From Patescibacteria group bacterium (GTDB lineage Bacteria; Patescibacteriota; Patescibacteriia; UBA2591; JAQUPP01), in contig JAQUPP010000002.1 of assembly GCA_028716665.1 (NCBI GenBank), positions 267,717-331,716 on the forward strand: a stretch of DNA of 64,000 nucleotides, written 5' to 3'. Both the position numbers and the translations under genes were made by a program. The notes under the pieces were generated by a model. That model did not search any database and had not been told where the DNA came from. It saw nothing but the letters and a program-made list of their open reading frames with translations. Shown here piece by piece: positions 18,968-27,558 of this stretch; the first letter of the stretch is position 1; every line of letters starts with the position of its first letter.

Positions 18968-19366
18968 TTAAATAATAACTGTCACCAACCAAAATCCTAA
19001 CCAGATTAGAATAATTTCGGGGATTACGGAAATAAACAGGGCGCTCTTTTTTATACCCAATTCATTGACAATGTAATCGACTTCAATAATGAATCGACGG
19101 GCAAGAAAGGCAACACCAATAATAAGAATAATAAGAACATCCAGAGAGGTTGCAAAAAAAGTTAAAAAGATAAAAACACTAAAAACAACAGCAGGTAAGA
19201 TGATAGGAATAGCAGTAGTACCAGTAAAGCAAAGTAGAATACAAGGAATAGCAAGAGTTAAACCACCCGCAGACATAACATCTCCACTTCTTAGATTTAA
19301 TGTTATAGCAAATATACTAATCACAACAATAAGACTGATAATCTCAGTCCAAATTAGTTTTTTCAT
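18968..19366 (-). CDS. multi-TM membrane protein (cassette U7), paralogue of 19507-19926
   Basis: shares MKKLIW start and W.GFWLVTVII end; SD AAGGAG. Confidence 0.8.
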   Translation of the reverse strand: MKKLIWTEIISLIVVISIFAITLNLRSGDVMSAGGLTLAIPCILLCFTGTTAIPIILPAVVFSVFIFLTFFATSLDVLIILIIGVAFLARRFIIEVDYIVNELGIKKSALFISVIPEIILIWLGFWLVTVII

Positions 19367-19423
19367 TTTTTCTCCTTTTGTTGAATTGTTAAATAACTAA
19401 TTTAACGGTTATTATATATAAAT

Positions 19424-19452
19424 ATAATAGCAAATTTTTTGGTTTTTGTCAA
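19424..19452 (-). promoter_or_regulatory. promoter of cassette U7
   Basis: TTGACAAAAACCAAAAAATTTGCTATTAT. Confidence 0.75.
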
Positions 19453-19462
19453 GTTAAAATCA

Positions 19463-19492
19463 ATAGCCCTGGCGACGATGCGCCAGGGCTAT
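19463..19492 (-). terminator. terminator of U8
   Basis: same hairpin as 18924-18953. Confidence 0.75.
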
Positions 19493-19506
19493 ATTTTGTT
19501 TTCGAT

Positions 19507-19926
19507 TTAAATAATAACTGTCACCAACCAAAATCCTACCCAGATTAAAAATATTTCTAATACAGCCGATATTAAAACATTTTTCTTCTTAAATCCCAGA
19601 CGTAAGACGGCCCTGAAAGAGATTAGGGCAAAAATACCGACAATAAAGAAAAGAATTGAGCGAACGATGGCGGAAGAGAAAGAAGCAAAGATGAAAAGGG
19701 CGGCGAAAGCAGAAACTAGGAAAGCCGCAGAGGATTCATAGGCAAAAAAGTCTTCTTGAATAGCGGCAAAGAATAGGGTAATAAAGCCAGACGTAAAGGC
19801 GGCGATACAGACAGAATCAGCAAGGGTAGCAAACGGAAATTTATATTTTTGAAAGTAAAACCCAATTCCAAAAATTACAATTGTAACGATAATAGCAAAT
19901 AATTCGGCCCAAATTAGTTTTTTCAT
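19507..19926 (-). CDS. multi-TM membrane protein (cassette U8, gene 2)
   Basis: 139 aa, hydrophobic, SD AAGGGGG. Confidence 0.8.
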   Translation of the reverse strand: MKKLIWAELFAIIVTIVIFGIGFYFQKYKFPFATLADSVCIAAFTSGFITLFFAAIQEDFFAYESSAAFLVSAFAALFIFASFSSAIVRSILFFIVGIFALISFRAVLRLGFKKKNVLISAVLEIFLIWVGFWLVTVII

Positions 19927-19940
19927 CTTTTCCCCCTTTT

Positions 19941-20159
19941 CTACTTTACTAAACCAGTTTTAATAAATATTGAAAGGCTTCCCCAGATAGTCCCAAAGAA
20001 TATCAAGAGAACACTCAGTAGTACTACTATAAACGTTATCATATTTTTTATGTTCTTATCTTTCACTTTATATATTATAAACCAATTGCCACCAAGCGCT
20101 AATCCTATTCCTGCTACCATCATACTAATTGGTATCCAAGTTGATATTTGTATATTCAT
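19941..20159 (-). CDS. small two-TM protein (cassette U8, gene 1)
   Basis: ATG at 20159 behind SD AAGGAGG. Confidence 0.75.
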   Translation of the reverse strand: MNIQISTWIPISMMVAGIGLALGGNWFIIYKVKDKNIKNMITFIVVLLSVLLIFFGTIWGSLSIFIKTGLVK

Positions 20160-20206
20160 TTTTCCTCCTTTTGTAAGGAACAAAGTTTATCGATTATTAT
20201 ATAAAT

Positions 20207-20235
20207 ATTTAAGCAAATTTTTCGCCTCTTGTCAA
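20207..20235 (-). promoter_or_regulatory. promoter of cassette U8
   Basis: TTGACAAGAGGCGAAAAATTTGCTTAAAT. Confidence 0.7.
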
Positions 20236-20381
20236 CCCCCTCACCAAACACTGATATATTTTTTAAAACACGAAGCCAATTTATTTCTATTTAAGGTATT
20301 TTTTTTATTTATATCAAAATTTTAAATTTAGAGATTTAAAAATACAGAGCTGAGTGTTTATCAGTGTTATAGGTGAGGGGG
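20236..20381. mobile_element. CCCC-type mini inverted-repeat element with TCAA/TTGA duplication
   Basis: CCCCCTCACCAAACACTGATA...TATCAGTGTTATAGGTGAGGGGG, TCAA at 20232 and 20382. Confidence 0.7.
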
Positions 20382-20526
20382 TCAAGTGAGAGTCTTGATT
20401 TTAATTTCAAAAGAGTTATAATATAAACAGTTTATAGTTTTTGGTTGATGGTTATGGTTATTCAGTTATTCGTTTATAACCAGAAACTAATAAACTAAAA
20501 CTAAAAACTAATAACTAAGAACTATT

Positions 20527-22845
20527 ATGATTTTTGGCACAAAAAAAGAATATCCGTTAATTCCTCTGCGCAATGAGGTTATTTTTCCCGGGACCACTGT
20601 TCCGGTGGTTTTTAAGAGTTCATATTCTCAAATCGCAGTGGAAGAATCTTTACACAAAGGAAGAATGGCGGTTTTGGCTTGGCGAAAAAGAAATATTCAA
20701 GGGCAAATAAGTTTGGAAGATATTCATTCAATGGGAACATTGGTGAAAATTTTGGAAAACCACAAAATGCCCGACGGAACGATTATCGCCATGGTTGAAG
20801 GTCAGGCGAGGGTGAAAATAGAAAATATTTTTCCAAAAAATGATTGCGCCATAGTTGAAGTCAGAGAAATTTTGGATGTTGAACAATTGACTTTGGAGGG
20901 CGAGGCCTTGCTTCATAATATTGAAGATTATTTTAAGAAATGCGTGGCTTTGGGAATGTCCATTCCGACTGAAACTTTATCAATTATTTTTTCCAGTCCG
21001 AAACAATCAGCAAAAATAGATTTGATCGCTTTTTCATTAAGTTTGGAAGTATCGGAAAAACAAAAAATTTTGGAAGAAATTTCTTTGAAAGAAAGATTAG
21101 AATTGGTTAATGAAGCCATTCGCCATAAATTGGAAGTTTTACAAGTGGCGAAAAAAATAGAAAAAAAGACAAATGAAAGCATTAATAAAGTTCAGCGAGA
21201 AGCAATTTTACATGAACAAATGAAAGCCATTCAAAAAGAGTTGGGAATGGGCGAGCGGGCCGATATCGCGGAATTAAAAAAGAAAATAGAAAAAGCGGAA
21301 ATGCCGGAAAAAGTCAAGAAAGTCGCTCAAGACGAATTGGAAAGATTAATCGCCATGCCTTCTTTTTCTCCGGAAATTTCTTACATCAGAACATATCTTG
21401 ATTGGCTGGTTTCTTTGCCTTGGAACATAAAATCAAAAACCGAACTTGATATTTCAAAAGCGGAAAAATTTTTAAATGAAGATCATTACGGACTTACAGA
21501 TGTTAAAGAAAGAATTTTGGAACATCTGGCTGTTTGCAAATTGGCGAAAAAAATCAGAGGACCGATACTTTGTTTTGCCGGACCTCCGGGCACCGGAAAA
21601 ACTTCAGTCGGCAAATCCATTGCTCGGGCAATGGGCAGAAAATTTGTCAGAATGTCGCTTGGCGGAATCAGAGACGAAGCGGAAATCAGAGGACATCGCC
21701 GAACTTATGTCGGAGCTTTGCCGGGCAGAATTATTCAAGGCGTTAAAAATGCCGGCGCCAATAATCCTATTTTTATGCTGGATGAAATTGATAAAATCGG
21801 AGCTGATTTCAGGGGCGATCCTTCTTCAGCTTTACTTGAAGCTCTTGATCCGGAACAAAATTTCGCTTTTTCAGATCATTATATTGAATTGCCGTTTGAT
21901 CTTTCTGATGTGATGTTTGTCGCCACGGCCAATGTTTTAGACACCATTCCGCCCGCTCTGCGAGACAGAATGGAAATTATTGAATTCCCCGGATATACGG
22001 AAGAGGAAAAATTTCATATTGCCAAAAAGTTTTTAATGCCGAAATTAATTGCCGCTCACGGACTTGATGCCAAAAAATTCACCATTACTGACGAAGCGAT
22101 CAGAGAAGTGGCCACAGGTTATACTCGCGAAGCAGGAGTAAGAAATTTGGAAAGAGAGCTGGCGAAATTATGCCGCAAAATAGCCAAGAAAATTACCGAA
22201 GATTCAAAAGAAGCCAAAAAAAATCAAGTTATCGGACCGAAAGATCTTCACCAATATCTCGGACCGATTGTTTTTCAACCTACTTTGGCCGAGAAAAAAG
22301 ACGAAGTTGGCGTGGCCACGGGTTTAGCATGGACTTCAGCCGGAGGCGAAATTCTTTTTATTGAATCCACAAAAATGCCGGGCAAAGGCAATTTGATTTT
22401 AACCGGTCATTTGGGAGAGGTGATGAAAGAATCTGCTCAGGCCGCTTTTTCTTACGCTCGCAGCCATTGCCAAGAATTAAAAATAAATAAAGATTTTTAT
22501 AAAAATTTTGATTTGCACATTCATGTTCCGGCAGGCGCCACACCGAAAGACGGACCTTCGGCCGGCGTAGCCATGGCCATTTCGCTTATTTCTTGTTTGA
22601 CTAACAGATCAACAAAAAGAGAAGTTGGAATGACGGGTGAAATAACTTTGCGCGGCAAGGTTTTGGAAATCGGGGGAGTGAAAGAGAAAATTTTAGCCGC
22701 TCATCGAGCCGGTTTGAAAAAAATAATTCTTCCCGCGGAAAATAAAAAAGATTTGGAAAAATTGCCGGAAAAAGTTAAAAAAGATTTGCAATTTATTTTC
22801 GTCAAACATATTGATGAAGCGATTAAGGTTGTCTTAAATAAATAA
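20527..22845 (+). CDS. lon: ATP-dependent Lon protease
   Basis: GPPGTGKT, RGHRRTYVG, PKDGPSAG, IGGVKEK. Confidence 0.98.
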   Translation: MIFGTKKEYPLIPLRNEVIFPGTTVPVVFKSSYSQIAVEESLHKGRMAVLAWRKRNIQGQISLEDIHSMGTLVKILENHKMPDGTIIAMVEGQARVKIENIFPKNDCAIVEVREILDVEQLTLEGEALLHNIEDYFKKCVALGMSIPTETLSIIFSSPKQSAKIDLIAFSLSLEVSEKQKILEEISLKERLELVNEAIRHKLEVLQVAKKIEKKTNESINKVQREAILHEQMKAIQKELGMGERADIAELKKKIEKAEMPEKVKKVAQDELERLIAMPSFSPEISYIRTYLDWLVSLPWNIKSKTELDISKAEKFLNEDHYGLTDVKERILEHLAVCKLAKKIRGPILCFAGPPGTGKTSVGKSIARAMGRKFVRMSLGGIRDEAEIRGHRRTYVGALPGRIIQGVKNAGANNPIFMLDEIDKIGADFRGDPSSALLEALDPEQNFAFSDHYIELPFDLSDVMFVATANVLDTIPPALRDRMEIIEFPGYTEEEKFHIAKKFLMPKLIAAHGLDAKKFTITDEAIREVATGYTREAGVRNLERELAKLCRKIAKKITEDSKEAKKNQVIGPKDLHQYLGPIVFQPTLAEKKDEVGVATGLAWTSAGGEILFIESTKMPGKGNLILTGHLGEVMKESAQAAFSYARSHCQELKINKDFYKNFDLHIHVPAGATPKDGPSAGVAMAISLISCLTNRSTKREVGMTGEITLRGKVLEIGGVKEKILAAHRAGLKKIILPAENKKDLEKLPEKVKKDLQFIFVKHIDEAIKVVLNK

Positions 22846-22924
22846 TAATTTAAGATTTGACGCAATAAAAATATGCTTATTAATAAGCATATTTTTATTA
22901 TTTGACGTTTATATTGTAATTTAT

Positions 22925-22968
22925 AAAGTTAAATCATTTCTCACGGCCGTGAGAAATGATTTAACTTT
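22925..22968. repeat. 44-bp perfect palindrome with TCACGGCCGTGA core
   Basis: AAAGTTAAATCATTTCTCACGG|CCGTGAGAAATGATTTAACTTT. Confidence 0.85.
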
Positions 22969-23006
22969 TTTTATTTTAAAAATGACATTATTATTTATAA
23001 AGAATT

Positions 23007-23034
23007 AGGGACTGGCGTTTTAACGTCAGTCCCT
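23007..23034. terminator. terminator of U9
   Basis: AGGGACTGGCGTT-TT-AACGTCAGTCCCT. Confidence 0.75.
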
Positions 23035-23040
23035 TTTAGA

Positions 23041-23394
23041 TTAGAGTTCTGTGATTGTCTGTATTTGACTTTTATGAATCCGTCCATTTTTAGGCCAGTC
23101 CTCTGGAAATTGACTACGAGCACGAGCAACTCGGTCAATTTCTATGGTAATTAATTCTAACTCCACAGTTTTTAGAATCCCAATTACGTCTAAATAGTTT
23201 GGACCCGGGAAAGCCAAAAGGTCTATACGAACCTTCACTTTTTTACCGATTAATGGCTTAAATTCCTTTTCATTTTCTTTTTCCAAAAATTTGTTTATCT
23301 TCGCTTTCTTTTTTAGAGCCATTTCTGCATTTATCTCTTTTGTTGAACTTTTCCGCGCTTCTCTTAAAGGATAAACCTTTTTCTTTTCTTTCAT
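23041..23394 (-). CDS. basic coiled-coil plus Sm/SH3-like small protein (cassette U9, gene 2)
   Basis: LIGKKVKV...GILKTV...IHKSQIQTI pattern; SD AAGGAGGG. Confidence 0.7.
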   Translation of the reverse strand: MKEKKKVYPLREARKSSTKEINAEMALKKKAKINKFLEKENEKEFKPLIGKKVKVRIDLLAFPGPNYLDVIGILKTVELELITIEIDRVARARSQFPEDWPKNGRIHKSQIQTITEL

Positions 23395-23412
23395 TTTTCC
23401 CTCCTTTTTATT

Positions 23413-23613
23413 TCACCTTGTTCCGCCGCAACTATCTAGATTTCCGCCAACTTTTTTCTTCCAAATTTCTGAAATATCATCTTTATTCATCCATATTTGA
23501 CGAAATTTTGGTTTTATCCATGGACAAAACTCTTTTCCGCAATCTAAACAAATTGTTGTCCAAGCGTCAGTTTCATGAGTATTTTCACTTCCACAATAAT
23601 TACAATGTTCCAT
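23413..23613 (-). CDS. small zinc-ribbon protein (cassette U9, gene 1)
   Basis: CNYC...CLDC; SD AAGGAGG; promoter TTTACT-16-TAAAAT at 23650-23677. Confidence 0.75.
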   Translation of the reverse strand: MEHCNYCGSENTHETDAWTTICLDCGKEFCPWIKPKFRQIWMNKDDISEIWKKKVGGNLDSCGGTR

Positions 23614-23669
23614 TTTTCCTCCTTTTTTAAGTTTAAATAACTGTTATCTATTTTAACATATTTTAAAAA

Positions 23670-24917
23670 TTAGTAAAGTGGAAATTTCTGAGTTAATTTT
23701 TTGATTATTTTTTTCGCTTCTGCTGCTGTTTTTTTATTTTTTGGATTCCAAATTAAATCAGCGATCAGCTTGCCGACAATTTTCATTTCTTTTTCTTTCA
23801 TTCCGCGAGTGGTTAAAGCCGCAGTGCCGATACGAATTCCTGACGGGCTGAACGGGGGATTCGGATCAAAGGGAATAGTATTGCGATTTAAATAAACACC
23901 GACTGCTTCCAATAATTTTTCCGCTTCTTTGCCGTTTAATCCGGTTTTTCTGAGATCGGCCAAAATCAAGTGATTTTCAGTGCCGTCAGTAATCAAATCA
24001 ATTCCGCTTGCTTTTAAGGTTTGTGCCAAAACTTTCGCGTTTGCCAAAACTTGCTTGATATATTTTTTAAAAGACGGTTTTAAAATTTCACTCAAACAAA
24101 CCGCAATCGCGCCGGTAGTGTGATCGTGTGGACCTCCTTGCATTCCGGGAAAAATCATTTTATTTATTTTTTCCGAATATTCGTTTCTGGAAAAAATCAT
24201 CGCTCCGCGCGGACCGCGCAAAGTTTTATGAGTCGTAGTGGTAATAATGTCACAATAAGGAAACGGACTCGGATGAAGTCCGGCCGCGACGATGCCGGCA
24301 ATGTGCGATATGTCAGCCATTAAAATCGCTCCGCATTTTTTGGCGATTTTGCCGAAAGCTTCAAAATCAATTTTTCTTGAATAAGCCGTGGCTCCGCAAA
24401 TAATAAGTTTTGGTTTTTCCTGCAAAGCTATTTTTTCAATTTCTTGATAATTCAAAAGAAAAGTTTTCGGGTCAACGCCGTATTTGATTGCTTTAAAAAT
24501 TTTTCCCGAAAGATTGACCGGATGGCCGTGAGTCAAATGTCCGCCTTGCGGCAAAGCCATGCCCATAATTTTATCGCCCGGATTAAGCAAGGCGAAATAA
24601 ACTTCCAAATTAGCAGGCGAGCCGGAATATGGCTGAACATTAACCGACCAATTATCCCATTGATTTTTGGGCAAAAATATTTTCTTCGCTCTGGCGATGG
24701 CCAATTTTTCTATTTCATCAATAAATTCATTTCCGCCGTAATATCTTTTGTCGGCATAACCTTCGGAATATTTATTGGTTAGAACCGAACCGGAAACCTC
24801 CATAACCGAAGGCGAAGCGAAATTTTCCGAAGCGATTAAAACCAAACCGTTTTTTTGGCGGTTCAATTCTTTTTTGATTAATTTGGCTATTTGCGGGTCG
24901 GTTTGTTGAAGTTTCAT
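23670..24917 (-). CDS. glyA: serine hydroxymethyltransferase
   Basis: LIASENF, NKYSEGY, GGHLTHG, TTTTHKTLRGPRG. Confidence 0.98.
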   Translation of the reverse strand: MKLQQTDPQIAKLIKKELNRQKNGLVLIASENFASPSVMEVSGSVLTNKYSEGYADKRYYGGNEFIDEIEKLAIARAKKIFLPKNQWDNWSVNVQPYSGSPANLEVYFALLNPGDKIMGMALPQGGHLTHGHPVNLSGKIFKAIKYGVDPKTFLLNYQEIEKIALQEKPKLIICGATAYSRKIDFEAFGKIAKKCGAILMADISHIAGIVAAGLHPSPFPYCDIITTTTHKTLRGPRGAMIFSRNEYSEKINKMIFPGMQGGPHDHTTGAIAVCLSEILKPSFKKYIKQVLANAKVLAQTLKASGIDLITDGTENHLILADLRKTGLNGKEAEKLLEAVGVYLNRNTIPFDPNPPFSPSGIRIGTAALTTRGMKEKEMKIVGKLIADLIWNPKNKKTAAEAKKIIKKLTQKFPLY

Positions 24918-24935
24918 AATTGATAATGTTTTAAT

Positions 24936-25733
24936 TTATAATATTGCGTTTTTTAAGGCCTGACCACAGGAACAATTTTGCTTGTCGGGCAAACCTTTTA
25001 TTATTTCTAAAAATATTTTTTTTACCTTTTCATTGTTGACTCGGAAAACTTCCATAACTTCTTGCGCATTAACAGGTTTAATATCAGGTCTTCCTTGCAG
25101 ACCGGCATCATAGTCGGTGACTAACGAAATGTTCAAATAGCACATTTCCAATTCGCGAGCCAGAATCACTTCCGGATATTGGGTCATATTTATTACGTCC
25201 CAATTCATTTTAGAATAAAAATTAGATTCAGCTTTGGTGGAAAATCTCGGACCTTCAATAACAACCACTGTGCCATTTTTATGGCAGGGGATTTTTAATT
25301 TTCGGCAAGTATCAGCCGCTATTTTTCGTAAATTCGGGCAATAGGGTTCAGCGGCGGAAATATGAACGATTTTCGGCCCGTTAAAATAAGTGCTTTTTCG
25401 GTTATTGGTTTTATCAACAAATTGATCGCAAATTACGAGATCACCCGGTTTTATTTTTTCTTTCAAGCTGCCGACTGCGGTTGAGGTTAAAATTATTTCG
25501 CAACCCAATTTTTTTAAAGCGAATAAATTCGCCTGATAGGGGACTTTGTGCGGCGGAAATTGATGATGTTTGCCGTGCCGCGGAAGAAAGGCGATTTTTT
25601 TGCCCGCGTATTCGGCAAGTAAAATTTTATCAGATGGTTTTCCGTAAGGCGTATTCACGGAAATTTCTTTGCCTTTTAGAAAACTGTAAAATCCAGAACC
25701 GCCGATAATGCCAATTTTTTGTTCATTTTTCAT
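24936..25733 (-). CDS. mtnP: S-methyl-5'-thioadenosine phosphorylase
   Basis: IGIIGGSG, PRHG, EGPRFSTKAES, NMT, VTDYD. Confidence 0.92.
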   Translation of the reverse strand: MKNEQKIGIIGGSGFYSFLKGKEISVNTPYGKPSDKILLAEYAGKKIAFLPRHGKHHQFPPHKVPYQANLFALKKLGCEIILTSTAVGSLKEKIKPGDLVICDQFVDKTNNRKSTYFNGPKIVHISAAEPYCPNLRKIAADTCRKLKIPCHKNGTVVVIEGPRFSTKAESNFYSKMNWDVINMTQYPEVILARELEMCYLNISLVTDYDAGLQGRPDIKPVNAQEVMEVFRVNNEKVKKIFLEIIKGLPDKQNCSCGQALKNAIL

Positions 25734-25737
25734 ATTA

Positions 25738-26256
25738 TTAATATTTTACTAATGATTTAATTGGACAATTTTTTAATTTTCTTTTTCCATTTAAGCCTTT
25801 TAATTCAATAAAAAAAGCGGCGCCGATAATTTTACCGCCGAGCTGTTTGGCCAGTTTGATGCTGGCTTCCATTGTTCCGCCGGTGGCCAAAACATCATCA
25901 ACCAATAAAATTCTTTGACCGGGCAAAATGGCATCGCGATGCATTTCTAAAATGTTTGAGGCGTATTCCAAATCATATTTTGTACTGATGGTTTTATAAG
26001 GCAGTTTGCCTTTTTTTCTTACCAATGCCACGCCGGCGCCCAGTTTATATGCCACAGGCGCGGCCAAAAGAAAACCGCGGGCGTCAATCGCCACCACGAT
26101 GTCAATTTTCTTTTTAAGATACGGTTTGGCAAGTTCGTTGATTAAATCGCGAAACATTTTTTTATCCTGCAGAACAGGAGTAATGTCGCGGAAGGTGACC
26201 CCTTTCTGGGGCCAATCGGAAATTGAGCGGATTTTATTTTCAAATTTGTTAATCAT
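25738..26256 (-). CDS. apt: adenine phosphoribosyltransferase
   Basis: FRDIT, ARGF, RKKGKLP, LVDDVLATGGT. Confidence 0.96.
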   Translation of the reverse strand: MINKFENKIRSISDWPQKGVTFRDITPVLQDKKMFRDLINELAKPYLKKKIDIVVAIDARGFLLAAPVAYKLGAGVALVRKKGKLPYKTISTKYDLEYASNILEMHRDAILPGQRILLVDDVLATGGTMEASIKLAKQLGGKIIGAAFFIELKGLNGKRKLKNCPIKSLVKY

Positions 26257-26394
26257 ATGGAAGTTATTATACAAAATTTTATTTTAATTGTCCACACTGA
26301 TTTAGGTTATAAGGGGTTTGCCAAGTTTATTAAAAATGTTATAATATTTCTATAAGTCGCTTTCGCATGGTTGCGTTAGTCCGCCAAAATTTAG

Positions 26395-26469
26395 GGCGTC
26401 TTCGTCTAACGATTAGGACCCATGGTTCTCAACCATGTAACACGGGTTTGACTCCCGTAGACGCTACCA
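26395..26469 (+). tRNA. tRNA-Glu(CTC)
   Basis: GGCGTCT/AGACGCT acceptor (G1-U72), CATGG-TTCTCAA-CCATG, T loop TTTGACT, CCA. Confidence 0.9.
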
Positions 26470-26495
26470 GAAAATTTAAATTAACATTTTAACTT

Positions 26496-27008
26496 ATGTT
26501 TGAAGAAAAAACATCAAAAGATATATTACCAGAACAATTCCCTCCAAAAGAGGAAAAGATTAGAATTGAAAAAGAAAAACTGCCGGAAATTCAGGAAAAA
26601 AGGGAAGAATCAATTTCCAGAGAAGAAGAAACAACAAGAATAAATCCTTTGCGCCGCCACACTCCGATTATTTCTCAAAAAGTAAAAGAACAAGAACTTT
26701 TGGAAGTAAGTGAAACACTTAAAGAAATTGAAGCTATTTTATCCGAAGGAATGGAAGAAACATATCAAAACTTGCCGGAAAATTTAAAAAAACAATTTAA
26801 AGAAGAGGGAAGAGAGACGGCGAGAAAAATAGAAAAAGTTTGTTCGTCGGTAAAAGTAGTCATTCAGAAAATTTTGGATTTGATAAAAAGATGGTTGCTG
26901 ATTATTCCGGCCGTTAATGTATTTTTCTTGGAACAGGAGGCAAAAATAAAAACTGACAAAATTTTAGCTTTAATTGAAAAAAATAAAAAACAAAAAATAC
27001 AATTATGA
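26496..27008 (+). CDS. hypothetical protein
   Basis: 170 aa, charged N-terminus, conserved-looking WL.IIP.VN.FFLEQEAKIKTD tail. Confidence 0.8.
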   Translation: MFEEKTSKDILPEQFPPKEEKIRIEKEKLPEIQEKREESISREEETTRINPLRRHTPIISQKVKEQELLEVSETLKEIEAILSEGMEETYQNLPENLKKQFKEEGRETARKIEKVCSSVKVVIQKILDLIKRWLLIIPAVNVFFLEQEAKIKTDKILALIEKNKKQKIQL

Positions 27009-27355
27009 TTATTTGTTTAACCAGCGAAACTAAAAAAATTAATTCTTTGTTATCTACGCGTTTTGAGCAAAGCAAGTATTTTTTATTTATTGACACTCAA
27101 AACAGACAGATAGAAACAATCGTCAATAATGTTAAAAATGACGGCGCGGCTTATTTGGTCGCCGAGAAGAAACCGGATATTATTATTACCGGCAATATTA
27201 CCGGTAATTCATTTGATTTTTTAAAAGCTTCAGGCATTAAAATAGCTTCGGGCGTTTTCGGCATTACTGCCCAAGAAGCGTTGGAAAGATATCAAACAGG
27301 CATGATTAAAGAAGCGGGAAATTTACCCGGTGCGGCAAAAGGCAGGATACTTTAA
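27005..27355 (+). CDS. NifB/NifX family protein
   Basis: RFEQSKYFLFID, IITGNI, L...GIKI pattern. Confidence 0.8.
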   Translation: MIICLTSETKKINSLLSTRFEQSKYFLFIDTQNRQIETIVNNVKNDGAAYLVAEKKPDIIITGNITGNSFDFLKASGIKIASGVFGITAQEALERYQTGMIKEAGNLPGAAKGRIL

Positions 27356-27363
27356 CGAGCTAC

Positions 27364-27524
27364 GAATTTCGTCTTCACTCAACGCTCCAAATCCTTGAAA
27401 ATTATACTCGTTTTATTCTGAAAAATTCATAACTCCTCCCGAATAGGTCGTCAAACAAATGAATTTTTCAATAAAACTCCTTAATTTTCTAAGGATTTTC
27501 CGCAATATCGTTCAGGCGAAATTC
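27364..27524. repeat. ~160-nt imperfect hairpin element
   Basis: nested arms GAATTTCGTCT/AGGCGAAATTC, AAATCCTTGAAAATTA/TAATTTTCTAAGGATTT, TGAAAAATTCAT/ATGAATTTTTCA. Confidence 0.7.
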
Positions 27525-27558
27525 TCCACGATTATAATTAATTTTTTGAATTATAAAT

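Noticed and set aside
26395-26469. tRNA-Glu as a pseudogene because of G1-U72 and the TTT T loop
   Set aside because: All arms pair, and CCA and an upstream promoter are intact
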